From contig OZ024745.1 in assembly GCA_964016885.1 (NCBI GenBank), positions 2,046,001 to 2,110,000 on the forward strand: a DNA stretch of 64,000 bases. Direction: 5' to 3'. The stretch's first letter is position 1; the number at the start of each line of letters is the position of its first letter. A program made the position numbers and the translations under genes. Positions 14,001 to 27,899 of this stretch are shown here, in pieces. Origin of the DNA: Eledone cirrhosa (Eukaryota). The notes under the pieces are model-generated. The model was not told the origin of the DNA and ran no database searches. It saw only the letters and a list, made by a program, of their open reading frames with translations.

Positions 14001-17000
14001 AGTGTGTTTCTATATAGAGACAGTGTGTAACATGTATCAAAGTCCCAGTTTGTTTCTATATAGAGACAGTGTGTAACATGTATCAAAGTCCCAGTGTGTT
14101 TCTATATAGAGACAGTGTGTAACATGTATCACAATCCCAGTGTGTTTCTATAAAGAGACAGTGTGTAACATGTATTACAGTCCCAGTGTTTTTCTATATA
14201 GAGAGAGTGTGTAACATGTATCACAGTCCCAGTGTGTTTCTATATAGAGACAGTGTGTAACGTGTATCACAGTCCCAGTGTGTTTCTATATAGAGACAGT
14301 GTGTAACATGTGTCACAGTCCCAGTGTGTTTCTATATAGAGACAGTGTGTAACATGTATCACAGTCCCAGTGTGTTTCTATATAGAGACAGTGTGTAACA
14401 TGTATCACAGTCCCAGTGTTTTTCTATAAAGAGACAGTGTGTAACATGTATCACAGTCCCAATGTGTTTCTATAAAGAGACAGTGTGTAACATATATCAC
14501 AGTCCCAGTGTGTTTCTATATGGAGACAGTGTGTAGCATGTATCACAGTCCCAGTGTGTTTCTATATACAGACAGTGTGTAACATGTGTCACAGTCCCAG
14601 TGTGTTTCTATATAGAGAGAGAGTGTGTAACATGTATCAAAGTCCCAGTGTGTTTCTATAAAGAGACAGTGTGTAACATGTATTACAGTCCCAGTGTGTT
14701 TCTATATAGAGACAGTGTGTAACATGTATCACAGTCCCAGTGTGTTTCTATATAGAGACAGTGTGTAACATGTATTACAGTCCCAGTGTGTTTCTTTATA
14801 GAGACAGTGTGTAACATGTATCACAGTCCCAGTGTGTTTCTATATAGAGAGAGTGTGTAACATGTATCACAGTCCCAGTGTGTTTCTATAAAGAGACAGT
14901 TTGTAACATGTATCACAGTCCCAATGTGTTTCTATAAAGTGACAGTGTGTAACATGTATTACAGTCCCAGTGTGTTTCTATATAGAGACAGTGTGTAACA
15001 TGTGTCACAGTCCCAGTGTGTTTCTATATAGAGACAGTGTGTAACATGTATCACAGTCCCAGTGTGTTTCTATATAGAGACAGTGTGTAACATGTATCAC
15101 AGTCCCAGTGTGTTTCTATAAAGAGACAGTGTGTAACATGTATCACAGTCCCAATGTGTTTCTCTAAAGTGACAGTGTGTAACATGTATTACAGTCCCAG
15201 TGTGTTTCTATATAGAGACAGTGTGTAACATGTATCACAGTGCCAGTGTGTATCTATATAGAGACATTGTGTAACATGTATTACAGTCCCAGTGTGTTTC
15301 TATAAAGAGACAGTGTGTAACATGTGTCACAGTCCCAGTGTGTTTCTATATAGAGACAGTGTGTAACATGTATTACAGTCCCAGTGTGTTTCTATAAAGA
15401 GACAGGGTGTAACATGTATCAAAGGCCCAGTGTGTTTCTATATAGAGACAGTGTGTAACATGTATCAAAGTCCCAGCGTGTTTCTATATAGAGACAGTGT
15501 GTAACATGTATCACAGTCCCAGTGTGTTTCTATATATAGACAGTGTGTAACATGTATCAAAGTCCCAGTGTGTTTCTATATAGAGACAGTGTGTAACATG
15601 TATCAAAGTCCCAGTGTGTTTCTATATAGAGACAGTGTGTAACATGTATCAAAGTCCCAGTTTGTTTCTATATAGAGACAGTGTGTAACATGTATCAAAT
15701 TCCCAGTGTGTTTCTATATAGAGACAGTGTGTAACATGTATCACAATCCCAGTGTGTTTCTATAAAGAGACAGTGTGTAACATGTATTACAGTCCCAGTG
15801 TGTTTCTATATAGAGAGAGTGTGTAACATGTATCACAGTCCCAGTGTGTTTCTATATAGAGACAGTGTGTAACGTGTATCACAGTCCCAGTGTGTTTCTA
15901 TATAGAGACAGTGTGTAACATGTGTCACAGTCCCTGTGTGTTTCTATATAGAGACAGTGTGTAACATGTATCACAGTCCCAGTGTGTTTCTATATAGAGA
16001 CAGTGTGTAACATGTATCACAGTCCCAGTGTGTTTCTATAAAGAGACAGTGTGTAACATGTATCACAGTCCCAATGTGTTTCTATAAAGAGACAGTGTGT
16101 AACATGTATTACAGTCCCAGTGTGTTTCTATATAGAGACAGTGTGTATCATGTATCACAGTCCCAGTGTGTTTGTATAAAGAAACAGTGTGTAACATGTA
16201 TCACAGTCCCAGTGTGTTTCTATATAGAGACAGTGTGTAACATGTATCACAGTCCCAGTGGGTTTCTATAAAGAGAGTGTGTAACATATATCACAGTCCC
16301 AGTGTGTTTCTATATGGAGACAGTGTGTAGCATGTATCACACTCCGAGTGTGTTTCTATATACAGACAGTGTGTAACATGTGTCACAGTCCCAGTGTGTT
16401 TCTATATACACACAGTGTGTAACATGTATCAAAGTCCCAGTGTGTTTCTATATAGAGACAGTGTGTAACATGTAGCAAAGTCCCAGTGTGTTTCTATATA
16501 GAGACAGTGTGTAACATGTATCACAGTCCCAGTGTGTTTCTATATAGAGACACTGTGTAGAATGTATCACAGTCCCAGTGTGTTTCTATAAAGAGACAGT
16601 GTGTTACATGTATTACAGTCCCAGTGTGTTTCTATATAGAGACAGTGTGTAACATGTATTACAGTCCTAGTGGGTATCTATAAAGAGACAGTGTGTAGCA
16701 TGTATCATAGTCCCAGTGTGTTTCTATATAGAGACAGTGTGTAACATGTATCACAGTCCTAGTGTGTTTCTATAAAGAGACAGTGTGTAACATGTATCAC
16801 AGTCCCAGTGTGTTTCTATATAGAGCCAGTGTGTAACATGTATTACAGTCCCAGTGTGTTTCTATAAAGAGACAGTGTGTAACATGTGTCACAGTCCCAG
16901 TGTGTTTCTATATAGAGACAGTGTGTAACATGTATCAAAGTCCCAGTGTGTATCTATATAGAGACAGTGTGTAACATGTATTACAGTCCCAGTGTGTTTC

Positions 17001-20000
17001 TATAAAGAGACAGTGTGAAACATGTGTCACAGTCCCAGTGTGTTTCTATATAGAGACAGTGTGTAACATGTATTACAGTCCCAGTGTGTTTCTATAAAGA
17101 GACAGTGTGTAACATGTATCAAAGTCCCAGTGTGTTTCTATATAGAGACAGTGTGTAACATGTATCAAAGTCCCAGTGTGTTTCTATATAGAGACAGTGT
17201 GTAACATGTATCAAAGTCCCAGTGTGTTTCTATATAGAGACAGTGTGTAACATGTATCACAGTCCCAGTGTGTTTCTATATAGAGACAGTGTGTAACATG
17301 TATCACAGTCCCAGTGTGTTTCTATATTGAGACAGTGTGTAACATGTATCACAGTCCCAGTGTGTTTCTATATAGAGACAGTGTGTAACATGTATCACAG
17401 TCCCAGTGTATTTCTATATAGAGACAGTGTGTAACATGTATCACAGTCCCAGTGTGTTTCTATATAGAGACAGTGTGTAACATGTATCAAAGTCCCAGTG
17501 TGTTTCTATATAGAGACAGTGTGTAACATGTATCACAGTCCCAGTGTGTTTCTATATAGAGACACTGTGTAGAATGTATCACAGTCCCAGTGTGTTTCTA
17601 TAAAGAGACAGTGTGTTACATGTATTACAGTCCCAGTGTGTTTCTATATAGAGACAGTGTGTAACATGTATTACAGTCCTAGTGTGTATCTATAAAGAGA
17701 CAGTGTGTAGCATGTATCACAGTCCCAGTGTGTTTCTATATAGAGACAGTGTGTAACATGTATCACAGTCCTAGTGTGTTTCTATAAAGAGACAGTGTGT
17801 AACATGTATCAAAGTCCCAGTGTGTTTCTATATAGAGACAGTGTGTAACATGTATCACAGTCCCAGTGTGTTCATATATGGAGACAGTGTGTAACATGTA
17901 TCAAAGTCCCAGTGTGTTTCTATATAGAGACAGTGTGTAACATGTATCACAGTCCCAGTGTGTTTCTATATATAGACAGTGTGTAACATGTATCAAAGTC
18001 CCAGTGTGTTTCTATATAGAGACAGTGTGTAACATGTATCAAAGTCCCAGTGTGTTTCTATATAGAGACAGTGTGTAACATGTATCAAAGTCCCAGTTTG
18101 TTTCTATATAGAAACAGTGTGTAACATGTATCAAAGTCCCAGTGTGTTTCTATATAGAGACAGTGTGTAACATGTATCACAATCCCAGTGTGTTTCTATA
18201 AAGAGACAGTGTGTAACATGTATTACAGTCCCAGTGTTTTTCTATATAGAGAGAGTGTGTAACATGTATCACAGTCCCAGTGTGTTTCTATATAGAGACA
18301 GTGTGTAACGTGTATCACAGTCCCAGTGTGTTTCTATATAGAGACAGTGTGTAACATGTGTCACAGTCCCAGTGTGTTTCTATATAGAGACAGTGTGTAA
18401 CATGTATCACAGTCCCAGTGTGTTTCTATATAGAGACAGTGTGTAACATGTATCACAGTCCCAGTGTTTTTCTATAAAGAGACAGTGTGTAACATGTATC
18501 ACAGTCCCAGTGTGTTTCTATATAGAGACAGTGTGTAACATGTATCACAGTCCCAGTGTGTTTCTATATTGAGACAGTGTGTAACATGTATCACAGTCCC
18601 AGTGTGTTTCTATATAGAGACAGTGTGTAACATGTATCACAGTCCCAGTGTATTTCTATATAGAGACAGTGTGTAACATGTATCACAGTCCCAGTGTGTT
18701 TCTATATAGAGACAGTGTGTAACATGTATCAAAGTCCCAGTGTGTTTCTATATAGAGACAGTGTGTAACATGTATCACAGTCCCAGTGTGTTTCTATATA
18801 GAGACACTGTGTAGAATGTATCACAGTCCCAGTGTGTTTCTATAAAGAGACAGTGTGTTACATGTATTACAGTCCCAGTGTGTTTCTATATAGAGACAGT
18901 GTGTAACATGTATTACAGTCCTAGTGTGTATCTATAAAGAGACAGTGTGTAGCATGTATCACAGTCCCAGTGTGTTTCTATATAGAGACAGTGTGTAACA
19001 TGTATCACAGTCCTAGTGTGTTTCTATAAAGAGACAGTGTGTAACATGTATCAAAGTCCCAGTGTGTTTCTATATAGAGACAGTGTGTAACATGTATCAC
19101 AGTCCCAGTGTGTTCATATATGGAGACAGTGTGTAACATGTATCAAAGTCCCAGTGTGTTTCTATATAGAGACAGTGTGTAACATGTATCACAGTCCCAG
19201 TGTGTTTCTATATATAGACAGTGTGTAACATGTATCAAAGTCCCAGTGTGTTTCTATATAGAGACAGTGTGTAACATGTATCAAAGTCCCAGTGTGTTTC
19301 TATATAGAGACAGTGTGTAACATGTATCAAAGTCCCAGTTTGTTTCTATATAGAGACAGTGTGTAACATGTATCAAAGTCCCAGTGTGTTTCTATATAGA
19401 GACAGTGTGTAACATGTATCACAATCCCAGTGTGTTTCTATAAAGAGACAGTGTGTAACATGTATTACAGTCCCAGTGTTTTTCTATATAGAGAGAGTGT
19501 GTAACATGTATCACAGTCCCAGTGTGTTTCTATATAGAGACAGTGTGTAACGTGTATCACAGTCCCAGTGTGTTTCTATATAGAGACAGTGTGTAACATG
19601 TGTCACAGTCCCAGTGTGTTTCTATATAGAGACAGTGTGTAACATGTATCACAGTCCCAGTGTGTTTCTATATAGAGACAGTGTGTAACATGTATCACAG
19701 TCCCAGTGTTTTTCTATAAAGAGACAGTGTGTAACATGTATCACAGTCCCAATGTGTTTCTATAAAGAGACAGTGTGTAACATATATCACAGTCCCAGTG
19801 TGTTTCTATATGGAGACAGTGTGTAGCATGTATCACAGTCCCAGTGTGTTTCTATATACAGACAGTGTGTAACATGTGTCACAGTCCCAGTGTGTTTCTA
19901 TATAGAGAGAGAGTGTGTAACATGTATCAAAGTCCCAGTGTGTTTCTATAAAGAGACAGTGTGTAACATGTATTACAGTCCCAGTGTGTTTCTATATAGA

Positions 20001-21690
20001 GACAGTGTGTAACATGTATCACAGTCCCAGTGTGTTTCTATATAGAGACAGTGTGTAACATGTATTACAGTCCCAGTGTGTTTCTTTATAGAGACAGTGT
20101 GTAACATGTATCACAGTCCCAGTGTGTTTCTATATAGAGAGAGTGTGTAACATGTATCACAGTCCCAGTGTGTTTCTATAAAGAGACAGTTTGTAACATG
20201 TATCACAGTCCCAATGTGTTTCTATAAAGTGACAGTGTGTAACATGTATTACAGTCCCAGTGTGTTTCTATATAGAGACAGTGTGTAACATGTGTCACAG
20301 TCCCAGTGTGTTTCTATATAGAGACAGTGTGTAACATGTATCACAGTCCCAGTGTGTTTCTATATAGAGACAGTGTGTAACATGTATCACAGTCCCAGTG
20401 TGTTTCTATAAAGAGACAGTGTGTAACATGTATCACAGTCCCAATGTGTTTCTCTAAAGTGACAGTGTGTAACATGTATTACAGTCCCAGTGTGTTTCTA
20501 TATAGAGACAGTGTGTAACATGTATCACAGTGCCAGTGTGTATCTATATAGAGACATTGTGTAACATGTATTACAGTCCCAGTGTGTTTCTATAAAGAGA
20601 CAGTGTGTAACATGTGTCACAGTCCCAGTGTGTTTCTATATAGAGACAGTGTGTAACATGTATTACAGTCCCAGTGTGTTTCTATAAAGAGACAGGGTGT
20701 AACATGTATCAAAGGCCCAGTGTGTTTCTATATAGAGACAGTGTGTAACATGTATCAAAGTCCCAGCGTGTTTCTATATAGAGACAGTGTGTAACATGTA
20801 TCACAGTCCCAGTGTGTTTCTATATATAGACAGTGTGTAACATGTATCAAAGTCCCAGTGTGTTTCTATATAGAGACAGTGTGTAACATGTATCAAAGTC
20901 CCAGTGTGTTTCTATATAGAGACAGTGTGTAACATGTATCAAAGTCCCAGTTTGTTTCTATATAGAGACAGTGTGTAACATGTATCAAATTCCCAGTGTG
21001 TTTCTATATAGAGACAGTGTGTAACATGTATCACAATCCCAGTGTGTTTCTATAAAGAGACAGTGTGTAACATGTATTACAGTCCCAGTGTGTTTCTATA
21101 TAGAGAGAGTGTGTAACATGTATCACAGTCCCAGTGTGTTTCTATATAGAGACAGTGTGTAACGTGTATCACAGTCCCAGTGTGTTTCTATATAGAGACA
21201 GTGTGTAACATGTGTCACAGTCCCTGTGTGTTTCTATATAGAGACAGTGTGTAACATGTATCACAGTCCCAGTGTGTTTCTATATAGAGACAGTGTGTAA
21301 CATGTATCACAGTCCCAGTGTGTTTCTATAAAGAGACAGTGTGTAACATGTATCACAGTCCCAATGTGTTTCTATAAAGAGACAGTGTGTAACATGTATT
21401 ACAGTCCCAGTGTGTTTCTATATAGAGACAGTGTGTATCATGTATCACAGTCCCAGTGTGTTTGTATAAAGAAACAGTGTGTAACATGTATCACAGTCCC
21501 AGTGTGTTTCTATATAGAGACAGTGTGTAACATGTATCACAGTCCCAGTGGGTTTCTATAAAGAGAGTGTGTAACATATATCACAGTCCCAGTGTGTTTC
21601 TATATGGAGACAGTGTGTAGCATGTATCACACTCCGAGTGTGTTTCTATATACAGACAGTGTGTAACATGTGTCACAGTCCCAGTGTGTT
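11060..21690. repeat. Higher-order repeat domain 2: near-identical tandem duplication of about 5.3 kb (115-116 monomers)
   Basis: TACACACAGT at 11071/16407 and the TATA-TTGAGA variant at 11991/17327 give offset 5336 = 116x46. AAAGGCCCAG at 15421/20711 and identical ORF translations at 16074/21364 give offset 5290 = 115x46. Boundaries approximate. Confidence 0.9.
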
Positions 21691-24600
21691 TCTATATAGA
21701 GAGAGTGTGTAACATGTATCAAAGTCCCAGTTTGTTTCTATAAAGAGACAGTGTGTAACATGTATTACAGTCCCAGTGTGTTTCTATATAGAGACAGTGT
21801 GTAACATGTATCACAGTCCCAGTGTGTTTCTATATAGAGACAGTGTGTAACATGTATTACAGTTCCAGTGTGTTTCTTTATAGAGACAGTGTGTAACATG
21901 TATCACAGTCCCAGTGTGTTTCTATATAGAGAGAGTGTGTAACATGTATCACAGTCCCAGTGTGTTTCTATATAGAGACACTGTGTAACATGTATCACAG
22001 TCCCAGTGTGTTTCTATATAGAGACAGTGTGTAACATGTATCACAGTCCCAGTGTGTTTCTATATAGAGACAGTGTGTAACATGTATCACAGTCCCAGTG
22101 TGTTTCTATAAAGAGACAGTTTGTAACATGTATCACAGTCCCAATGTGTTTCTATAAAGTGACAGTGTGTAACATGTATTACAGTCCCAGTGTGTTTCTA
22201 TATAGAGACAGTGTGTAACATGTGTCACAGTCCCAGTGTGTTTCTATATAGAGACAGTGTGTAACATGTATCACAGTCCCAGTGTGTTTCTATATAGAGA
22301 CAGTGTGTAACATGTATCACAGTCCCAGTGTGTTTCTATAAAGAGACAGTGTGTAACATGTATCACAGTCCCAATATGTTTCTATAAAGTGACAGTGTGT
22401 AACATGTATTACAGTCCCAGTGTGTTTCTATATAGAGACAGTGTGTAACATGTATCACAGTCCCAGTGTGTTTGTATAAAGAAACAGTGTGTAACATGTA
22501 TCACAGTCCCAGTGTGTTTCTATATAGAGGCAGTGTGTAACATGTATCACAGTCCCAGTGTGTTTCTATAAAGAGAGTGTGTAACATATATCACAGTCCC
22601 AGTGGTTTCTATATGGAGACAGTGTGTAACATGTATCAAAGTCCCAGTGTGTTTCTATATAGAGACAGTGTGTAACATGTATTACAGTCCCTGTGTGTTT
22701 CTATATAGAGACAGTGTGTAACATGTATCACAGTCCCAGTGTGTTTCTATATAGAGACAGTGTGTAACATGTATTACAGTCCCAGTGTGTTTCTATATAG
22801 AGACAGTGTGTAACATGTATCACAGTCCCAGTATGTTTCTATATAGAGACAGTGTGTAACAAGTATCACAGTCCCAGTGTGTTTCTATATAGAGACAGTG
22901 TGTAACATGTATCACAGTCCCAGTGTGTTTCTATAAAGAGACAGAGTGTAACATGTATCACAGTCCCAGTGTGTTTCTATATACAGACAATGTGTAACAA
23001 GTATCACAATCCCAGTGTGTTTCTATAAAGAGACAGTGTGTAACATGTATTACAGTCCCAGTGTGTTTCTATATAGAGACAGTGTGTAACATGTATCACA
23101 GTCCCAGTGGGTTTCTATAAAGAGACAGTGTGTAACATGTGTCACAGTCTCAGTGTGTTTCTATATAGAGACAGTGTGTAACATGTATCACAGTCCCAGT
23201 GTGTTTCTATAAAGAGACAGTTTGTAAAATGTGTCACAGTCCCAGTGTGTTTCTATATAGAGACAGTCTGTAACATGTATCACAGTCCCAGTGTGTTTCT
23301 ATATAGAGACAGTGTGTAACATGTATCACAGCCCCAGTGTGTTTCTATATAGAGACAGTGTGTTGCATGTATCACAGTCGTAGTGTGTTTCTATAAAGAG
23401 ACAGTGTGTAACATGTGTCACAGTCCCAGTGTGTTTCTATATAGAGACAGTGTGTAACATGTATTACAGTTCCAGTGTGTTTCTATATAGAGACAGTGTG
23501 TAACATGTATCACAGTCCCAGTGTGTTTCTATATAGAGACAGTGTGTAGCATGTATCACAGTCCAAGTGTGTTTCTATATGGAGACAGTGTGTAGCATGT
23601 ATAACAGTCCCTGTGTGTTTCTATATAGAGACAGTGTGTAACATGTATCACAGTCCCAGTGTGTTTCTATATAGAGACAGTGTGTAACATGTATCACAGT
23701 CCCAGTGTGTTTCTATATAGAGACAGTGTGTAGCATGTATCACAGTCCCAGTGTGTTTCTATAAAGAGACAGTGTGTAACATGTATTACAGTCCCAGTGT
23801 GTTTCTATATAGAGACAGTGTGTAACATGTATCACAGTCCCAGTGTGTTTCTATATAGAGACAGTGTGTAACATGTATCACAGTCCCAGTGTGTTTCTAT
23901 ATAGAGACAGTGTGTAACATGTATCACAGTCCCAGTGTGTTTTTATAAAGAGAGCGTGTAACATATATCACAGTCCCAGTGTGTTTCTATATGGAGACAG
24001 TGTGTAGCATGTATAACAGTCCCTGTGTGTTTCTATATAGAGACAGTGTGTAACATGTATCACAGTCCCAGTGTGTTTCTATATAGAGACAGTGTGTAAC
24101 ATGTATTACAGTCCCAGTGTGTTTCTATATAGAGACAGTGTGTAACATGTATCACAGTCCAAGTATGTTTCTATATAGAGACAGTGTGTAACATGTATCA
24201 CAGTCCCAGTGTGTTTCTATATAGAGACAGTGTGTAGCATGTATCACAGTCCCAGTGTGTTTCTATAAAGAGACAGAGTGTAACATGTATCACAGTCCCA
24301 GTGTGTTTCTATATACAGACAGTGTGTAACAAGTATCACAATCCCAGTGTGTTTCTATAAAGAGACAGTGTGTAACATGTATTACAGTCCCAGTGTGTTT
24401 CTATATAGAGACAGTGTGTAACATGGATCACAGTCCCAGTGTGTTTCTATATAGAGACAGTGTGTAACATGTATCACAGTCCCAGTGTGTTTTTATAAAG
24501 AGAGTGTGTAACATATATCACAGTCCCAGTGTGTTTCTATATGGAGACAGTGTGTAGCATGTATAACAGTCCCTGTGTGTTTCTATATAGAGACAGTGTG

Positions 24601-27600
24601 TAACATGTATCACAGTCCCAGTGTGTTTCTATATAGAGACAGTGTGTAACATGTATTACAGTCCCAGTGTGTTTCTATATAGAGACAGTGTGTAACATGT
24701 ATCACAGTCCCAGTATGTTTCTATATAGAGACAGTGTGTAACATGTATCACAGTCCCAGTGTGTTTCTATATAGAGACAGTGTGTAGCATGTATCACAGT
24801 CCCAGTGTGTTTCTATAAAGAGACAGAGTGTAACATGTATCACAGTCCCAGTGTGTTTCTATATACAGACAGTGTGTAACAAGTATCACAATCCCAGTGT
24901 GTTTCTATAAAGAGACAGTGTGTAACATGTATTACAGTCCCATTGTATTTCTATATAGAGACAGTGTGTAACATGTATCACAGTCCCAGTGTGTTTCTAT
25001 ATAGAGACAGTGTGTAACATGTATCACAGTCCCAGTGTGTTTCTATATAGAGACAGTGTGTTGCATGTATCACAGTCGCAGTGTGTTTCTATAAAGAGAC
25101 AGTGTGTAACATCTATCACAGTCCCAGTGTGTTTCTATATAGAGACAGTGTGTAACATGTATCACAGTACCAGTGTGTTTCTATAAAGAGAGTGTGTAAC
25201 ATATATCACAGTCCCAGTGTGTTTCTATATGGAGACAGTGTGTAGCATGTATCACAGTCCCAGTGTGTTTCTATATACAGACAGTGTGTAACATGTGTCA
25301 CAGTCCCAGTGTGTTTCTATATAGAGACAGTGTGTAACATGTATCAAAGTACCAGTGTGTTTCTATAAAGTGACAGTGTGTAACATGTATTACAGTCCCA
25401 GTGTGTTTCTATATAGAGACAGTGTGTAACATGTATCACAGTCCCAGTGTGTTTCTATATAGAGACAGTGTGTAACATGTATTACAGTCCCAGTGTGTTT
25501 CTTTATAGAGACAGTGTGTAACATGTATCACAGTCCCAGTGTGTTTCTATATAGAGAGAGTGTGTAACATGTATCACAGTCCCAGTGTGTTTCTATATAG
25601 AGACAGTGTGTAACATGTGACACAGTCCCAGTGTGTTTCTATATAGAGACAGTGTGTAACATGTATCACAGTCCCAGTGTGTCTCTATAAAGAGAGCGTG
25701 TAACATGTATCACAGTCCCAGTGTGTTTCTATATAGAGACAGTGTGTAACATGTATCACAGTCCCAGTGTGTTTCTATATAGAGACAGTGTGTAGCATGT
25801 ATCACAGTCCCAGTGTGTTTCTATATAGAGACAGTGTGTAACATGTATCACAGTCCCAGTGTTTTTCTATATAGAGACAGTGTGTAACATGTATCACAGT
25901 CCCAGTGTGTTTCTATAAAGAGACAGTGTGTAACATGTATCACAGTCCCAATGTGTTTCTATAAAGTGACAGTGTGTAACATGTATTACAGTCCCAGTGT
26001 GTTTCTATATAGAGACAGTGTGTAACATGTGTCACAGTCCCAGTGTGTTTCTATATAGAGACAGTGTGTAACATGTATCACAGTCCCAGTGTGTTTCTAT
26101 ATAGAGACAGTGTGTAACATGCATCACAGTCCCAGTGTGTTTCTATAAAGAGACAGTGTGTAACATGTATCACAGTCCCAATGTGTTTCTATAAAGTGAC
26201 AGTGTGTAACATGTATTACAGTCCCAGTGTGTTTCTATATAGAGACAGTGTGGAACATGTATCACAGTCCCAGTGTGTTTGTATAAAGAAACAGTGTGTA
26301 ACATGTATCACAGTCCCAGTGTGTTTCTATATAGAGACAGTGTGTAACATGTATCACAGTCCCAGTGTGTTTCTATAAAGAGTGTGTGTAACATATATCA
26401 CAGTCCCAGTGTGTTTCTATATGGAGACAGTGTGTAACATGTATCACAGTCCCTGTGTGTTTCTATATAGAGACAGTGTGTAACATGTATCACAGTCCCA
26501 GTGTGTTTCTATATAGAGACAGTGTGTAACATGTATTACAGTCCCAGTGTGTTTCTATATAGAGAAAGTGTGTAACATGTATCACAGTCCCAGTATGTTT
26601 CTATATAGAGACAGTGTGTAACATGTATCACAGTCCCAGTGTGTTTCTATATAGAGACAGTGTGTAGCATGTATCACCGTCCCAGTGTGTTTCTATAAAG
26701 AGACAGTGTGTAACATGTATCACAGTCCCAGTGTGTTTCTATATAGAGACAGTGTGTAACAAGTATCACAATCCCAGTGTGTTTTATAAAGAGACAGTGT
26801 GTAACATGTATTACAGTCCCAGTGTGTTTCTATATAGAGACAGTGTGTAACATGTATCACAGTCCCAGTGTGTTTCTATAAAGAGACAGTGTGTAACATG
26901 TGTCACAGTCTCAGTGTGTTTCTATATAGAGACAGTGTGTAACATGTATCACAGTCCCAGTGTGTTTCTATAAAGAGACAGTGTGTAAATTGTGTCACAG
27001 TCCCAGTGTGTTTCTATATAGAGACAGTCTGTAACATGTATCACAGTCCCAGTGTGTTTCTATATAGAGACAGTGTGTAACATGTATTACAGTCCCAGTG
27101 TGTTTCTATATAGAGACAGTGTGTAACATGCATCACAGTCTCAGTGTGTCTCTATAAAGAGAGTGTGTAACATGTATCACAGTCCCAGTGTGTTTCTATA
27201 TAGAGACAGTGTGTAGCATGTATCACAGTCGCAGTTTGTTTCTATAAAGAGACAGTGTGTAACATGTGTCACAGTCCCAGTGTGTTTCTATATAGAGACA
27301 GTGTGTAACATGTATTACAGTCCCAGTGTGTTTCTATATAGAGACAGTGTGTAACATGTATTACAGTCCCAGTGTGTTTCTATATAGAGACAGTGTGTAA
27401 CATGTATCACAGTCCCAGTGTGTTTCTATATAGAGACAGTGTGTAACATGTATCAAAGTCCCAGTGTGTTTATATATAGAGACAGTGTGTAACATGTATC
27501 AAAGTCCCAGTGTGTTTCTATATAGAGACAGTGTGTAACATGTATCACAGTCCCAGTGTGTTTCTATAAAGAGACAGTGTGTAACATGTATCAAAGTCCC

Positions 27601-27899
27601 AGTGTGTTTCTATAGAGAGAGAGAGTGTGTAACATGTATCAAAATCCCAGTGTGTTTCTATATAGAGACAGTGTGTAACATGTATCACAGTCCCAGTGTG
27701 TTTCTATATAGAGACAGTGTGTAACATGTATTACAGTCCCAGTGTGTTTCTATATAGAGACAGTGCGTAGCATGCATCACAGTCCCATTGTGTTTCTATA
27801 TAGAGACAGTGTGTAAAATGTGTCACAGTCCCCAGTGTGTTTCTATATAGAGACAGTGTGTAACATGTATCACAGTCCCAGTGTGTTTCTATATAGAGA

